From: a virus | Lineage: Duplodnaviria > Caudoviricetes | DNA length: 63,422 nt | Virus record (IMG/VR): IMGVR_UViG_3300027996_000030 | Coordinates: 1 to 63,422 of that record | Strand: one strand, 5' to 3' | Translations under genes and position numbers: made by a program | The notes under the pieces: generated by a model | Seen by the model: only the letters and a program-made list of their open reading frames with translations | Database searches by the model: none | What the model was told of the DNA's origin: nothing | Part shown: positions 1-10,314 of the stretch, one piece after another | Layout: each line of letters starts with the position of its first letter | Position numbering within the stretch: the stretch's first letter is position 1

Positions 1-518
1 TCGGCCTTGTCGGACACCCTGGCATTGCCCCCCACCACGGCTTTGCCGTACACCCTGGCATTGCCGAACACCTCGGCTTTGCTGTACACATAGGCATTGC
101 CCCCCACCTCGGCCTTGCCGGACACCCAGGCAAAGCCGGACACATGGGCGTTGTCGAGCACCTGGGCTTTGTCTTTCACGATGGCATCGCCTAACACATA
201 GGCATCGCCTAACACCTTGGCGTTGTCGAGCACATAGGCGTTGTCGAGCACATAGGCTTTGTCTTTCACGATGGCATTGCCGGACACCTGGGCTTCGCCG
301 TACACCCAGGCATTGCCTCTCACCTGGGCATTGTCTTTCACGATGGCATTGCCGGACACATGGGCGTTGTCGAGAATGTGCTTGCCGAAGATGTTTGATT
401 CGCCGGAAGCCTTCTTCAACCCAGCGAGGACCGCCTTTCGCTCGGGAGAGCCTACAACCATAGTAGAGGCAAGCCGGATCAAAGCCGATCGGTCGGCAGC
501 CGTAAGGGTCTTCGCCAT
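1..518 (-). CDS. LIRLA-leader protein with hexapeptide-repeat (left-handed beta-helix) body; runs off window start
   Basis: Not in ORF track. Manual translation from ATG 518 (GGAGA RBS): MAKTLTAADRSALIRLASTMVVGSPERKAVLAGLKKASGESNIFGKHILDNAHVSGNAIVKDNAQVRGNAWVYGEAQV...; 18-nt periodic repeats over ~1-380. Confidence 0.85.
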   Translation of the reverse strand, partial: MAKTLTAADRSALIRLASTMVVGSPERKAVLAGLKKASGESNIFGKHILDNAHVSGNAIVKDNAQVRGNAWVYGEAQVSGNAIVKDKAYVLDNAYVLDNAKVLGDAYVLGDAIVKDKAQVLDNAHVSGFAWVSGKAEVGGNAYVYSKAEVFGNARVYGKAVVGGNARVSDKA

Positions 519-553
519 GAGGGATCTCCGAATCTGTTGACCTTACCGGAGCG

Positions 554-568
554 ATAGAGACGCTACCG
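554..568 (-). promoter_or_regulatory. putative late promoter CGGTAG-cgtc-TCTAT
   Basis: Recurrent motif, upstream of ATG 518. Confidence 0.7.
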
Positions 569-1651
569 AAGCAAGCCCCGGTAGAAATCCACCGAGGTCA
601 GGGGATCATCGAAGCGGACTTCAATGATCCGATACCCAAGATCACGAGCACGCTGAACCTTGTAGGCTTCCAGTGCCACACGCCGCTGAAAGACCTCCTC
701 CGTCTTGTGCCAGTAGGGGATCATCTCAAAGTGCTGCCGACCGTGGTACTCGCAGATCAACTTCGACTTCGGGAAGTACCCATCGAAGAACAGCGTGTAC
801 CCCGTCTCCGGGTTCTTGATTTCCGGGTGTGACCACTCCCACTTGTATGGCTCACCCAACACCTGAGCCACCATGTCCAACACCCGCTTCTGGGTCGCCA
901 ACTTGTTCCGTGTCGGGATGCCGAGAGCACGGCAGGTCCGCAGGACAACAGGCCACGAACACCCAAGATGGTCTGCGGCCTTCGCCACCTCAACACATCC
1001 CTTGCCGTCCATGTATGGGGTCAGGTCGGCTTCTGTGAGGTCGATCTTCTGCCCGCTCCCACCGATACGAGAGCGGGAAACCTCCGCGTTGATCTGCGCG
1101 TCAGGGTGACGCTCCCGGTAGTCAGGGTGAGCGTTCTGCATGTGCGAGGTCAGGTTCACAGCCCGGTAACCACAGTCGAGACAGGTCACATAGTCGAACC
1201 CGTCCTCCAGACCCTCCCACCGTGCTTCCTTCTCCACCTGCTTACACACACCACATTTGAGATTCGACTGGGACAGCTTGTGGACTGTCATCTCCACCCC
1301 ACAGGTAGAGCAAGGCACTTGCTTCGTACCCGTCCGATCTTGCTTCGCGTTCCTAATGCCCTCCCGACGCTTTGCCTCCGTGCGGCGATTGCGGGTCAAG
1401 GCATCCGACCCGTGCTTGACCCGGTACTCGTCAGCCGTGAATCCGTGGGATGACTTCAAGTGCCGTGCAAGGCTGGCAGAGCGAAAGCCGCACTCCCGAC
1501 AACGAACGAAGTCCTCGTCCTCCGTCTTACCCGCCCACTTCTGGTCAGCCTTCCAAGTCTCGTAGTCGGGATGGGTGTCCGACTGGTGCCGGAAATGAGA
1601 AGCGAGGCCGCGCACGTTGGCAACGGTGAACCCACAAATTGAACAGTCCAT
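563..1651 (-). CDS. zinc-finger-rich free-standing homing-type endonuclease (Vsr/DUF559-like PD-(D/E)XK C-terminus)
   Basis: Several CxxC..H..H fingers (ROS/MucR-like CRECG..LARHLKSSHG..EYR); C-terminal FDGYFPKSKLICEYHGRQH...IIEVRFDD. Confidence 0.75.
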   Translation of the reverse strand: MDCSICGFTVANVRGLASHFRHQSDTHPDYETWKADQKWAGKTEDEDFVRCRECGFRSASLARHLKSSHGFTADEYRVKHGSDALTRNRRTEAKRREGIRNAKQDRTGTKQVPCSTCGVEMTVHKLSQSNLKCGVCKQVEKEARWEGLEDGFDYVTCLDCGYRAVNLTSHMQNAHPDYRERHPDAQINAEVSRSRIGGSGQKIDLTEADLTPYMDGKGCVEVAKAADHLGCSWPVVLRTCRALGIPTRNKLATQKRVLDMVAQVLGEPYKWEWSHPEIKNPETGYTLFFDGYFPKSKLICEYHGRQHFEMIPYWHKTEEVFQRRVALEAYKVQRARDLGYRIIEVRFDDPLTSVDFYRGLLR

Positions 1652-1731
1652 AAACGAAACCCTCCACCCGGACTGTACCCGAGTGGAGGACTACTATCTA
1701 CCGTTTTCGTGAAACCCGCCCCGTTTAGGGT

Positions 1732-1771
1732 TAGAACCTACACCCTCGATTCGTCGAAAGCGTAGGTTCTA
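1732..1771 (-). terminator. 18-bp RNA hairpin downstream of sheath gene (terminator or processing/stability element)
   Basis: Minus-strand UAGAACCUACGCUUUCGA-CGAA-UCGAGGGUGUAGGUUCUA pairs fully only through G:U wobbles on the sense strand; no U tract. Confidence 0.55.
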
Positions 1772-1789
1772 TGCTCGATTGTCTTGGGG

Positions 1790-4700
1790 CTACAAACTGC
1801 TACGCAGGTTGAATGTCACGATAATATATAACAATGGGAAAATCGGCTGGTAGTAAGCCTCGACTTCCGCAGCCGTGGGATCATCGGGAGACACGTTGGC
1901 CGAGACTCCGGTGAAGGCGGCGATGATCTGTGCGGCGACCAGCTTCTTGAGCGTGACCGACAACTGACCTTCGATGTCTCCGGTGACAGCGGAGAGGAAC
2001 TTCTTGCCGATGAACCGATCCAGTGTTGACCGGGCCTGACGCTGCACCTCGTCTGCGATGGTGGTCACGGTCGGGGTCTTGGTCAGCACGTTGGTCATGT
2101 CTGTGGTCAGACCGTGACGACATTCGATGATCGACTGCCGTTGGTTGAACACCGTGACTCCGCGTACTGCGACCTGATTCTGCTGTACAGCATCCAGGGT
2201 CCGGGCGATTGAATCGAAGCCGAACACCCGGCCCGCGTCCACGGGGTTGCCACGTCGATAGTCGGGGCAGCGCGATTGCCGACCCATGCGGAGGCGAAGT
2301 AAGTGCCGTCCACAAGGTAGGTGTCCGTGGTGCCATCGGCCCGTGACAGGCTCAGGGTGAGGATGTCGGGGTACAGGAGACGCATACGGCTACGGGCGAC
2401 CGCCTGTGCCGTGTTGCCCGCGTCAGTCGGCTGGGTGCCTGCCGAGTAGCCGCAGATTGCGGTGCGTTCTGCCCGATACCGGATGCTGCTCTGGATGTCA
2501 CAGTGCCGTGCGAGGTACTGGAACAACTCCAACGAGTCACCCTTGAGCGGAGTGATGGTGTCAGGGAACAGCCCACCGGGTGTGGCTCCTTCCACTTCAT
2601 CAATCGCTGCGAGGTACGCATTGGTCGAGGCTGTGTCGAACGTGCCGTCAGCATCGAGGTCAACGTCCTTCTGGATCTGCTTGACTGCGAGCAAGACCGC
2701 ACCGTTCAGGATCGCCAAGTAGGAGGCGAGACTGACTGGATTCTCTGGGGTCGCTGCACCGTAGGCGGCTTCAATCGAGGACTGCTTAGTGAACAAGGCC
2801 GTCGCGTAGTCTTGCTTCAGGTACTTGTAGCTGGCGTAGTAGACATCTCCAACGCTCGGCTGGGTGCCGCCCTTCTCGTAGGTGGCTGTGACGGCGGTGT
2901 CTTCGACCGTGATTCCCGAAGTGTTGGACACGATCAACTCGACGCCGGGAATCGTATTCACGGGGAGGTTGCTGTCAGTCGTGACATTCGCCCGCACGGT
3001 GAACGTCACGGTAGACGTGACTCCGACCGGGTAGGCGGTGCCTCCGGTGCGTGGGAGAACGGAGAAGGTCAAACCAGTCACCAGATCCCGATAGGTCTGG
3101 CCGACAATGCCGTCTTGTCCCGTACCCGTGTTGAGTACCGACGTATCGGAGGTGCCCGAACCATTGACAGGATCAGACGAGGTAACGAAGTAGCCATCGA
3201 TCGCTGTCTCGCCCACGTTGCCGTCACCGTTGATGACACCGAGGCCAGTGCCCGGAAGCAGCGCCGTGCTGGTCACAAAGGCCAGGCTAGACGTGGTGCC
3301 TGCACCCGCCGTACCGAGACTCTGAATGAACAGGTACTCGGCGTTCGCGCCATCACGCTTGGTCTTGGCGAGAGCGACAGCCGTGAAGGCTGTTGCGGCC
3401 ATCAGACCGCTCACCAGAGTTTCTACAGAGAGAACCGTGCGGTACACGATGTCGCCCGTAGAGAAGCCGAGGATGGCGTTGGCATTGCCGTCTCCGATCA
3501 CGATGGTTGCGGACGAAGCCGACGACGCACCTCGGAATCGGATACCGGCACCCTCTTGGATCGCGGTTACAGCGATCCCGGCTGCCGTCATCTCTGTATT
3601 GATCTGGGTAATGATCGGACCCGCTGCCGCGCCACTGGGATCAGTGAGGGGCACATCTGCGGAGCCGCCCGCTGCGATGGCTGTCGTGCCATCACTCTGG
3701 GCGAAGACGACCACAACGGGGGTGCCTTCAAACGTGAACTTGAACACGTTGTTCTGTGGGGTCGTGCCACCGTCTGCGAAGAAGGTAACGACCGGGTTGC
3801 CCGCTGCATCCTGCCCGCCCGACAAACCAACCTCACCGAAGATGGTGGGCTGCATGACGGTTGCACGGATACCTGCATCGGCTTCCTCGTTGGCGGTGAG
3901 TCCAGATTGGACGGAACCTGTGCCTCCGAGGACTTTCAACTGGCACTGGTCAAGCACGAACTGTCCGTCCGTGGATTGACCGGGGGTGATGCGGTTGGTG
4001 AGGATCAGTCGGTCGTAGACCTTCTGGCCGGTCACCGCTCCGGTGAAGGCGAACGTGCTGGCAATGGGGAGGTTCTGGAGCTTGGCCTGTGCCCCACCCG
4101 CTGTGTCGATGTCAAATCCAGCGAGGATCGCAAAATCCGTAGCCGGTGCCACATCTGCGACTACCTCCAAGGTAGCCAATGTCGTATCCAGCGGGTGTGC
4201 CCCAAGGGTCAACACCAAGCGACCACTGGAGTCAGCCGAAACATCAATCTCCAACAGGTCATTGGATGCGAAGGCGGCAAGGATGGCTGCGTCCACCCCA
4301 ACTTGGACCGCTGTAGCGAGATCCGTTGCCGAAGCGTGGGGGCCTACCCCAATCGTGCAGACCAACGGAGTTGCTCCGGTAGTGCTGCCCGAGTAGGACA
4401 GATTCAACTCAGCGAAGCCGCCGTTCAGGTCTACAGGAGACAGGAAGCGTGTGGCTCCTGCGATCTGTGGACGGGTAGCAGGATCATAGAGGTAGTAGGT
4501 AGAAGTGGCATCCGGGGGGACGGTGAAGCCCACACTGACTGTAGCAATGTTGGTTGTGCCGTCGTAAGCCGTAATGGTGCGCTTATCCCCGGCTGAGGTT
4601 CCAGCCGAAATCTTGATCTCCCAGCCGACGTAGTAATCGTCCACATCCGAAGATGTAGCCGCTACGAGGGTGATCTCGGCGGCGATGGTTGCGGCTTGGG

Positions 4701-6903
4701 CTGTAGCGAACTCACCAAAGGCAGCGCGATTGATGGCCTCACCGTAGTCCGTGATGTCCTGGGTGGCTCCAGCATTGGCGACGGCTTGGATGAGCAACCC
4801 GTCAATCTGGAGGTCTACCGCATTGTTGGTGGCGTCAATGACGTAGGTGGTGTTCCCGCTCGCTGCGGTGTACGCAACCTCGTCACCGGTAAGGGTGGAC
4901 AAGAAACCCGTTCCCGTTCCCGTGGGATCACCGAGGTCCGTAGAAATCGTGGCACCGTTGACCGCGATGTCCAACGTGTCGCTGGACCCGTTGATCGTGT
5001 AGTAGGGGCCGGAACCCGGAACCGCGTACTTCGCCAGGGTCGCATCTTGCGAGGCGAAGGTGAGGGTCACATCCTCCTCGACGGGGCCGGTGAAGCTGGT
5101 GGCATCGAAGGGTGCCTCAAACCGAAGGTCTGGGGTGCGCTCGGAGCCGCTGGGGAACTCGACCGTGACGGTGGCCAGAGCAGCGCCCTTGCTTCCGAAC
5201 TGTGGAGTCAGGAGGACGGTCCCGGCTTCGTTCTTCAGGGTGTAGGTGCCGACGCCGGAAGCGCCAGCGGTGATGCACTCGACCGAGTAGTCCTGGTCAA
5301 CCAACGTGTTGTAGTAGAAGGTGGCGTAGACCGAGGCTCCAACCGGAACCACGTCAGCCAACGTAATGGTGCTCGTTGCGGAGTCCACCTTGGTCACAGT
5401 GACGCGACCGCGCTCAACGGCGTCCTCTACCGAGTATCCCCAGTAGGCGAACACAAGATCAGGCCGATCCGTGGGAAGGTCGATGCGACCGTTGGCCACT
5501 TCGGAGTACGTCTCGGCACCGAGTGGGGTGCTACGTCCGTTGCCCGTCGTCGGCTGGAGGGGCAGAGTGAACTGCGTGCGGCCTTCCACCGGAGGATTGA
5601 CCGCCGTGTTGACCACAGCGGAGCAAGCTGCAAGGTACTGGCGAACGTCCACAAGGGTCGCTCCGACCTGTGTGCCGTCGAACGCGGTTCCACCTGCGGT
5701 AAACACACCGCCTTCGATGGTGACCGCCGTACCCCAGAGGATCTTGTCATCCTTGAGCACGAAGTCTGCGCCGTCGATGTAATCGTTGCGGTCAGGGGTG
5801 ATTCCACAAAGGGTGACCTCTGTGACGCCTCGGTTGGCGAGATAATCGAACGTGTCCTGCCAGGAGTTGAAGTAATACTGGATGGTGACGACGACTCCGA
5901 TTTCGGGAGCGAAAGGCAGAGTCACAGCACCCGTCTGGCCATTCACAGCGGTCGGGATGACCTGTGTACCGGCTACCTTGACAGTGACATCGGAGGGGTC
6001 CGTGGTGGTCACGCCACCGTTGGAGCCGTCCACAATGGGGCTTTGGAAAGTGTAGAACACCTTGTTGCGAGCGGTGGTCGCTCCACTGGACAGACCGAAG
6101 GTGGTGTTTGCCGATCCGTTTCCGACCGTGATGTCTCGGTCTGCGGTCAGGCGAAGCACTGTCAGGCCAAGGTTGTTCACAATGGTGGCTGCAACCAACG
6201 TGGTTCCGGTGGCTGCACTGTTGATGAAGGCCGAAACCTGTGCTGCGGTCCAACCGACGGCGGGGGAAGCGGAGATGGTGACGCTGACCGTGGTGGCGTC
6301 ATCGACCGTGAAGGTCAACTCATCATTGACGCCCGTGGTGACAGTGTAGTTCTGTCCGACTTCGCCCAAGATTTCTGGAGCATCGACGCTGATCTGGTCG
6401 CTAACCGTGTCCAAGATCAGGGTGTCAGTGCGGTTGAAGAAGTAGGTGGCCTTGACTTCATCGGTGGCCACTGGGGTCACCGAGAGGGTCAGAATGCCCT
6501 TGGCTCCATTGATCGCGAGAACCACAACGGGCGCACCATTGATGGTGACGTTGACCTTGGAGGCGTCCGTAGCAGTTGTGCCAGAGCCGTTGCCGTTGAC
6601 GATTGGGAAGTGCCTGACCTGCACTTGATTGATCACACCATCGAAGGCACCCAGCGTAACGGCTCCAGCCAAGCTGATGCTGACCACGCCGCGTCCGGTT
6701 TCGTCCTCTTGTACGACCCGTTGGTCCACAGACGAGGACGAGCCTCGGACAAGCTCCAAAGAGTCCTGAAACAGAATCTCCGACCCCGTACCCATAAGGA
6801 GAGGCAAGCGAACCGAAGATGCCAGCCCTTGCAGGGGGTCTTCAAAGAGGGTGCGGGTGTAGACGCCGGGAGCCGCGTAAATCGAGCCTGGGATGATAGC
6901 CAT
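1790..6903 (-). CDS. giant contractile tail sheath protein (~1700 aa), interrupted by a 1-nt frameshift near 2232-2235
   Basis: N-terminal APGVYTRT sheath motif at ATG 6903; ORF 2107-6951 ends ...DVATPWT and the sheath C-terminal domain (GRVFGFD...HGLTTD...FIGKK...VEAYYQPIFPLLYIIVTFNL) continues in ORF 1790-2287. Confidence 0.85.
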
Positions 6904-7004
6904 AGTGGAAGCCTCGTTATATTGTCCCAGCCGTAAGCCAGGTAGGTGCAAGCGCGGGTGTTTTTTGAGCCTCGGACAGAGGCGTCGTCTACATGGCGGC
7001 GTCT

Positions 7005-7019
7005 ATAGGAAGGCTACCG
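7005..7019 (-). promoter_or_regulatory. putative late promoter CGGTAG-cctt-CCTAT
   Basis: Recurrent motif upstream of sheath. Confidence 0.7.
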
Positions 7020-7042
7020 AATAGCGCACTCACTTGATCCCA

Positions 7043-7501
7043 TTACTTATCCGTGGCTTTCTTCTTGGTGGCCTGCGACACCTTGAAAGCGGCCTCACGA
7101 TTCTCGTTCACGACCTTACGCTCGGAATCGGCAATGACCCGGTAGCCGCCTTCGGGTTTCTTCACGAGGTGGTCCATCGTGATCCCACGCCCTAGCTTGG
7201 CTTCATCTCGGATAATGCCCTGCTTCTTGGCCTGGTTCTCATGGATCTTGCCCCACTTCTGTGCCGCGTCACGCCCGATGGCTTTGTCGTAGTTGAAGTC
7301 ATCCGACGTTCCCGTGTTGGACGGAAGCGGCCCGTTCAGTTGACTGGCTGGGTGCTTGAACGAGAACGAAGCCGCCGTGACCTGACGAGTGCCTGTGCCC
7401 TCACATGACTCGCAGGGGTGGCCCTGATCATCGGACACTCGACGGTACAAGACCTCGAAACGAAGGCCACAGGTCTGACAGGTAAAAACGTAGATGGGCA
7501 A
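7043..7501 (-). CDS. FmdB-family zinc-ribbon protein
   Basis: TTG start at 7501 after GGAGG gives (M)PIYVFTCQTCG..FE...CESC. Confidence 0.75.
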   Translation of the reverse strand: MPIYVFTCQTCGLRFEVLYRRVSDDQGHPCESCEGTGTRQVTAASFSFKHPASQLNGPLPSNTGTSDDFNYDKAIGRDAAQKWGKIHENQAKKQGIIRDEAKLGRGITMDHLVKKPEGGYRVIADSERKVVNENREAAFKVSQATKKKATDK

Positions 7502-7574
7502 GGGATCCTCCATCCGAACCCTACCCACCGCCAATCGAAAAGGGTGGGACCGCTAAAGACATAGAAACTCCAGC

Positions 7575-8243
7575 TTATTTGAACAACCCTCGGAGATCAC
7601 CGAGTTCCGGGGCAAGGCCCTTCGGGACCAGGACGGTGCCTACCTTGGACCCTCCGATCTGAACGGGAGCATCCTCCAGAACACCATCCCGCTTCAGTTC
7701 TGTCAGGGGGGCCTTCTTGTCCAGGCCCCACCGCTCGTCGTCAATGCGGATCAACCCCTCGACGGGCTGACGGTTGATTGGGTTTGCGAACTGGACGTGA
7801 TACTTGCCGCCCTTGACGGACACCACGGAGGTCCGCCCAAAGAGTGCGGTGAAATCCTCCAAGGAGCGCCCCATTGGGTCGAAGTACGCCGTCTTGGCAC
7901 CCTCTTCCAGGGACACTGGAGTCCTCCATAGCATCTGAATGTCACCGTATGATAAACACCAGGCATCGGGGGATCGAAGTCTCACATGGTAGTGGGCAAT
8001 GCCTTCCACCGTGTCTGGGGGTCGGGAGGCAGGGAAGTATGGACCCTTGATGACCAGATCGAGAATGAACTGAGGCCAGTCACCACCCTTGACCTCGAAA
8101 CCACCTTTGCTACGGGTGACTTTTGGCCCAGCCTGCTTTGACACGGCTGCCAGGATAGCTCGACGATGCCCATCCCCATTCGGGAGGCTTGATGCAAGGC
8201 GGATCAAGGCAGAGCGTTCCGATGCAGTGGGGGTTTTAGACAT
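7575..8243 (-). CDS. LIRLA-leader hypothetical protein (putative virion cargo)
   Basis: MSKTPTASERSALIRLASSLPNGDGHRRAILAAVSKQA; own late-type promoter. Confidence 0.8.
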   Translation of the reverse strand: MSKTPTASERSALIRLASSLPNGDGHRRAILAAVSKQAGPKVTRSKGGFEVKGGDWPQFILDLVIKGPYFPASRPPDTVEGIAHYHVRLRSPDAWCLSYGDIQMLWRTPVSLEEGAKTAYFDPMGRSLEDFTALFGRTSVVSVKGGKYHVQFANPINRQPVEGLIRIDDERWGLDKKAPLTELKRDGVLEDAPVQIGGSKVGTVLVPKGLAPELGDLRGLFK

Positions 8244-8277
8244 GAGGAAGCTCCGGGTTCTTGGCCTTGTTGAGTCA

Positions 8278-8292
8278 ATAGGAGAGCTACCG
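8278..8292 (-). promoter_or_regulatory. putative late promoter CGGTAG-ctct-CCTAT
   Basis: Recurrent motif upstream of 8243. Confidence 0.7.
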
Positions 8293-9516
8293 GATCAAAT
8301 CGAAGTTCCGAGTCCGGTCACGGAACCACGGATCCCGGATGTCCCGCAACCCCAAGTCCGCTGTGTACTGCAAGCCAGTCGGTGATCCCATCTCGATCAG
8401 TTGGTCATCCGTCAAGCCCGATACCATCTCCGTCTCGGACACGGTGTTCGTTTCCACACGGGTCAGTGTGCGTCCAATAGGCACTCGGATGGCCCAATCG
8501 GTCATCACCGACAACGAGATCGACGCCGTGTAGAAGTAGTCGTCTCCATTCTCGTCATAGACTTCCTCTGCCTCACCGCCCATACTTGCCATCGTGATCT
8601 CAATGCCCTCGGTAGAGAGGCGTTCACGAGCATCGGTGTAGAGGAACATCAAGGTCCGATCGGTGATTTCTCCTTGTGCGTACACATCGCGAGCCATGAT
8701 GTCCATATCCAAGCTCATCTCCCACCGCCCACCGAACTCCTTAGCCACGTCCTCACGACGGTCGCCTACGACAACCGCCATAATGTCTCCGCCGTAGGCC
8801 CTTCGCCCGAAGGCCAACACCACGCCGGGGATGGCATCGACGTTGGCTCCGTTCTCTGGCAAAGGGAAAGGTCCAAGGCTATCCGACGTGAAGCGGTAAT
8901 CCACCGATAGATAGGTGTTCGACATCAAGGGGCTGGCGAGTGTGATTTGACCCGTCGTGGGATCAGCAGTGTAGTTCACGCCCTCGTAGTAAGGAATGTT
9001 CCCAGGCATCTCGTAGACTCGGAGGCTGCCGGGATGAAAATCACCTGCGGCCACCTCATAGAGCCGGGGGTCAAGCATGACCGCCCGTTCATCTATGATC
9101 TCAAGTAGAGGGTCCACATAGAACACAAGCCGTTCCTCTGGGACGCCTCGGACATCGACAGTCTCGACCTTGACTTCGATGTAGTAGACGCCGGGTGCCG
9201 AGGGGAAGGCACCTGCGTTGGCTCGGACAGCCGTGCCGTTCTCACGGACCCATTCGATGCTCGTCCCACGCTGCCCATACACCTTCGTCAAGTAGCAATA
9301 GGAGATGATGGTGCCTTGGAAGTGGTCGGCGCTCAACTGGAGAGGCGATGCTGACTGCCCTTTAAGGATAATCGCCTGCTGGGGACGCTCCTCAAACGAG
9401 TACCGCCCTTGGATATTCGGCGTCAGGGTGTCCTTATACTGGGGATCCTTGGACCAGAAATACCGGATCTCTTGGATCATGCGCCGCTTGAGAGCTTCGG
9501 TGAGATTGGCGAACAA
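8287..9516 (-). CDS. putative virion structural protein (neck/tail-completion-like)
   Basis: 409-aa ORF, GGAGG before TTG, late motif upstream, near sheath; function inferred from context only. Confidence 0.55.
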   Translation of the reverse strand: MFANLTEALKRRMIQEIRYFWSKDPQYKDTLTPNIQGRYSFEERPQQAIILKGQSASPLQLSADHFQGTIISYCYLTKVYGQRGTSIEWVRENGTAVRANAGAFPSAPGVYYIEVKVETVDVRGVPEERLVFYVDPLLEIIDERAVMLDPRLYEVAAGDFHPGSLRVYEMPGNIPYYEGVNYTADPTTGQITLASPLMSNTYLSVDYRFTSDSLGPFPLPENGANVDAIPGVVLAFGRRAYGGDIMAVVVGDRREDVAKEFGGRWEMSLDMDIMARDVYAQGEITDRTLMFLYTDARERLSTEGIEITMASMGGEAEEVYDENGDDYFYTASISLSVMTDWAIRVPIGRTLTRVETNTVSETEMVSGLTDDQLIEMGSPTGLQYTADLGLRDIRDPWFRDRTRNFDLIR

Positions 9517-9568
9517 GGTGAAAGCCTCCGACAGTAAGTGATGGGATCACTCTACCGTGGGAGGCTCC

Positions 9569-9583
9569 ATAGGCGGACTACCG
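9569..9583 (-). promoter_or_regulatory. putative late promoter CGGTAG-tccg-CCTAT
   Basis: Recurrent motif; identical to copy at 59232-59246. Confidence 0.7.
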
Positions 9584-9593
9584 CTTGAAGCCT

Positions 9594-10007
9594 CTACTCA
9601 GAAGGGGCACACTTCTTCTTGCCGCCGAATCCGTCTGGGCATGTGGTCCGGGCCTCATTGTGCCCATCCATCCACTTGTCGCGGTAATCTTTGTTGTACT
9701 TCTTCTTGTCCTTGGAGACGCCGGAACCATACTCGTTATGGAGGCGGTAACAAGTCTCACCCTTGCCGGGTTTTCCCTTCCCGGTGTCAATGTCTCCCTT
9801 CACATAGCAGTCAGACTTTCCGGGCGACGGGGGCGAGTCATACGCCTTGCCGGGAGTGCCATCCCAGGTACGGCCCGCTTCCTTGTCGGTGACGGGAACC
9901 ATGTGGGTCATGGTGTGAAGGATGGCCTTGCGGGTGTCATCCCCTACAGGCAGTGACGAGGCAAGACGAATCAGCGTCGTGCGCTCGGATGCAGTGATGG
10001 TCTTCAT
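9594..10007 (-). CDS. LIRLA-leader small Lys/Gly/Cys-rich protein
   Basis: Start reassigned to ATG 10007 (AAGGAG RBS): MKTITASERTTLIRLASSLPVGDDTRKAIL. Confidence 0.8.
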   Translation of the reverse strand: MKTITASERTTLIRLASSLPVGDDTRKAILHTMTHMVPVTDKEAGRTWDGTPGKAYDSPPSPGKSDCYVKGDIDTGKGKPGKGETCYRLHNEYGSGVSKDKKKYNKDYRDKWMDGHNEARTTCPDGFGGKKKCAPSE

Positions 10008-10035
10008 GGGGGATCTCCTTACTCTTGTAATGCGG

Positions 10036-10050
10036 ATAGGCTGGCTAACG
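10036..10050 (-). promoter_or_regulatory. putative late promoter CGTTAG-ccag-CCTAT
   Basis: One-mismatch copy upstream of 10007. Confidence 0.6.
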
Positions 10051-10311
10051 GGACGCTGAATCAAGTAGGTCTGGATACGACAGGTACTCGCCGGGGAAGC
10101 CCGTTGGGGGATCGAGATCAACCTGTTGGAAGCGCATGGCGAACATGATCAGAACGTCGGTGATGTCCTCGTTGGGGAACCCTTCTTCCTGCAAGTCACG
10201 AACAAACGCCAAGCTGTTGGCCGCGAGAGCGACCGAGAACAGTTTGGCTCCATTGAGCGTTGTGATGTACTGCCCCCATTCTTCAACGGTGACGGGATCG
10301 GTGATTTCCAT
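10045..10311 (-). CDS. hypothetical protein (88 aa)
   Basis: GGAGGA RBS, follows SNF2 gene by 3 nt. Confidence 0.7.
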   Translation of the reverse strand: MEITDPVTVEEWGQYITTLNGAKLFSVALAANSLAFVRDLQEEGFPNEDITDVLIMFAMRFQQVDLDPPTGFPGEYLSYPDLLDSASR

Positions 10312-10314
10312 GAT

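Noticed and set aside
1-540. CRISPR-like array, or the plus ORF 259-540
   Set aside because: Repeats are degenerate 18-nt coding units of a minus-strand hexapeptide protein, with no repeat-spacer structure
2503-6936. Long plus-strand ORFs (697 and 746 aa)
   Set aside because: Antisense shadows of the sheath gene in GC-rich DNA; no recognisable motifs
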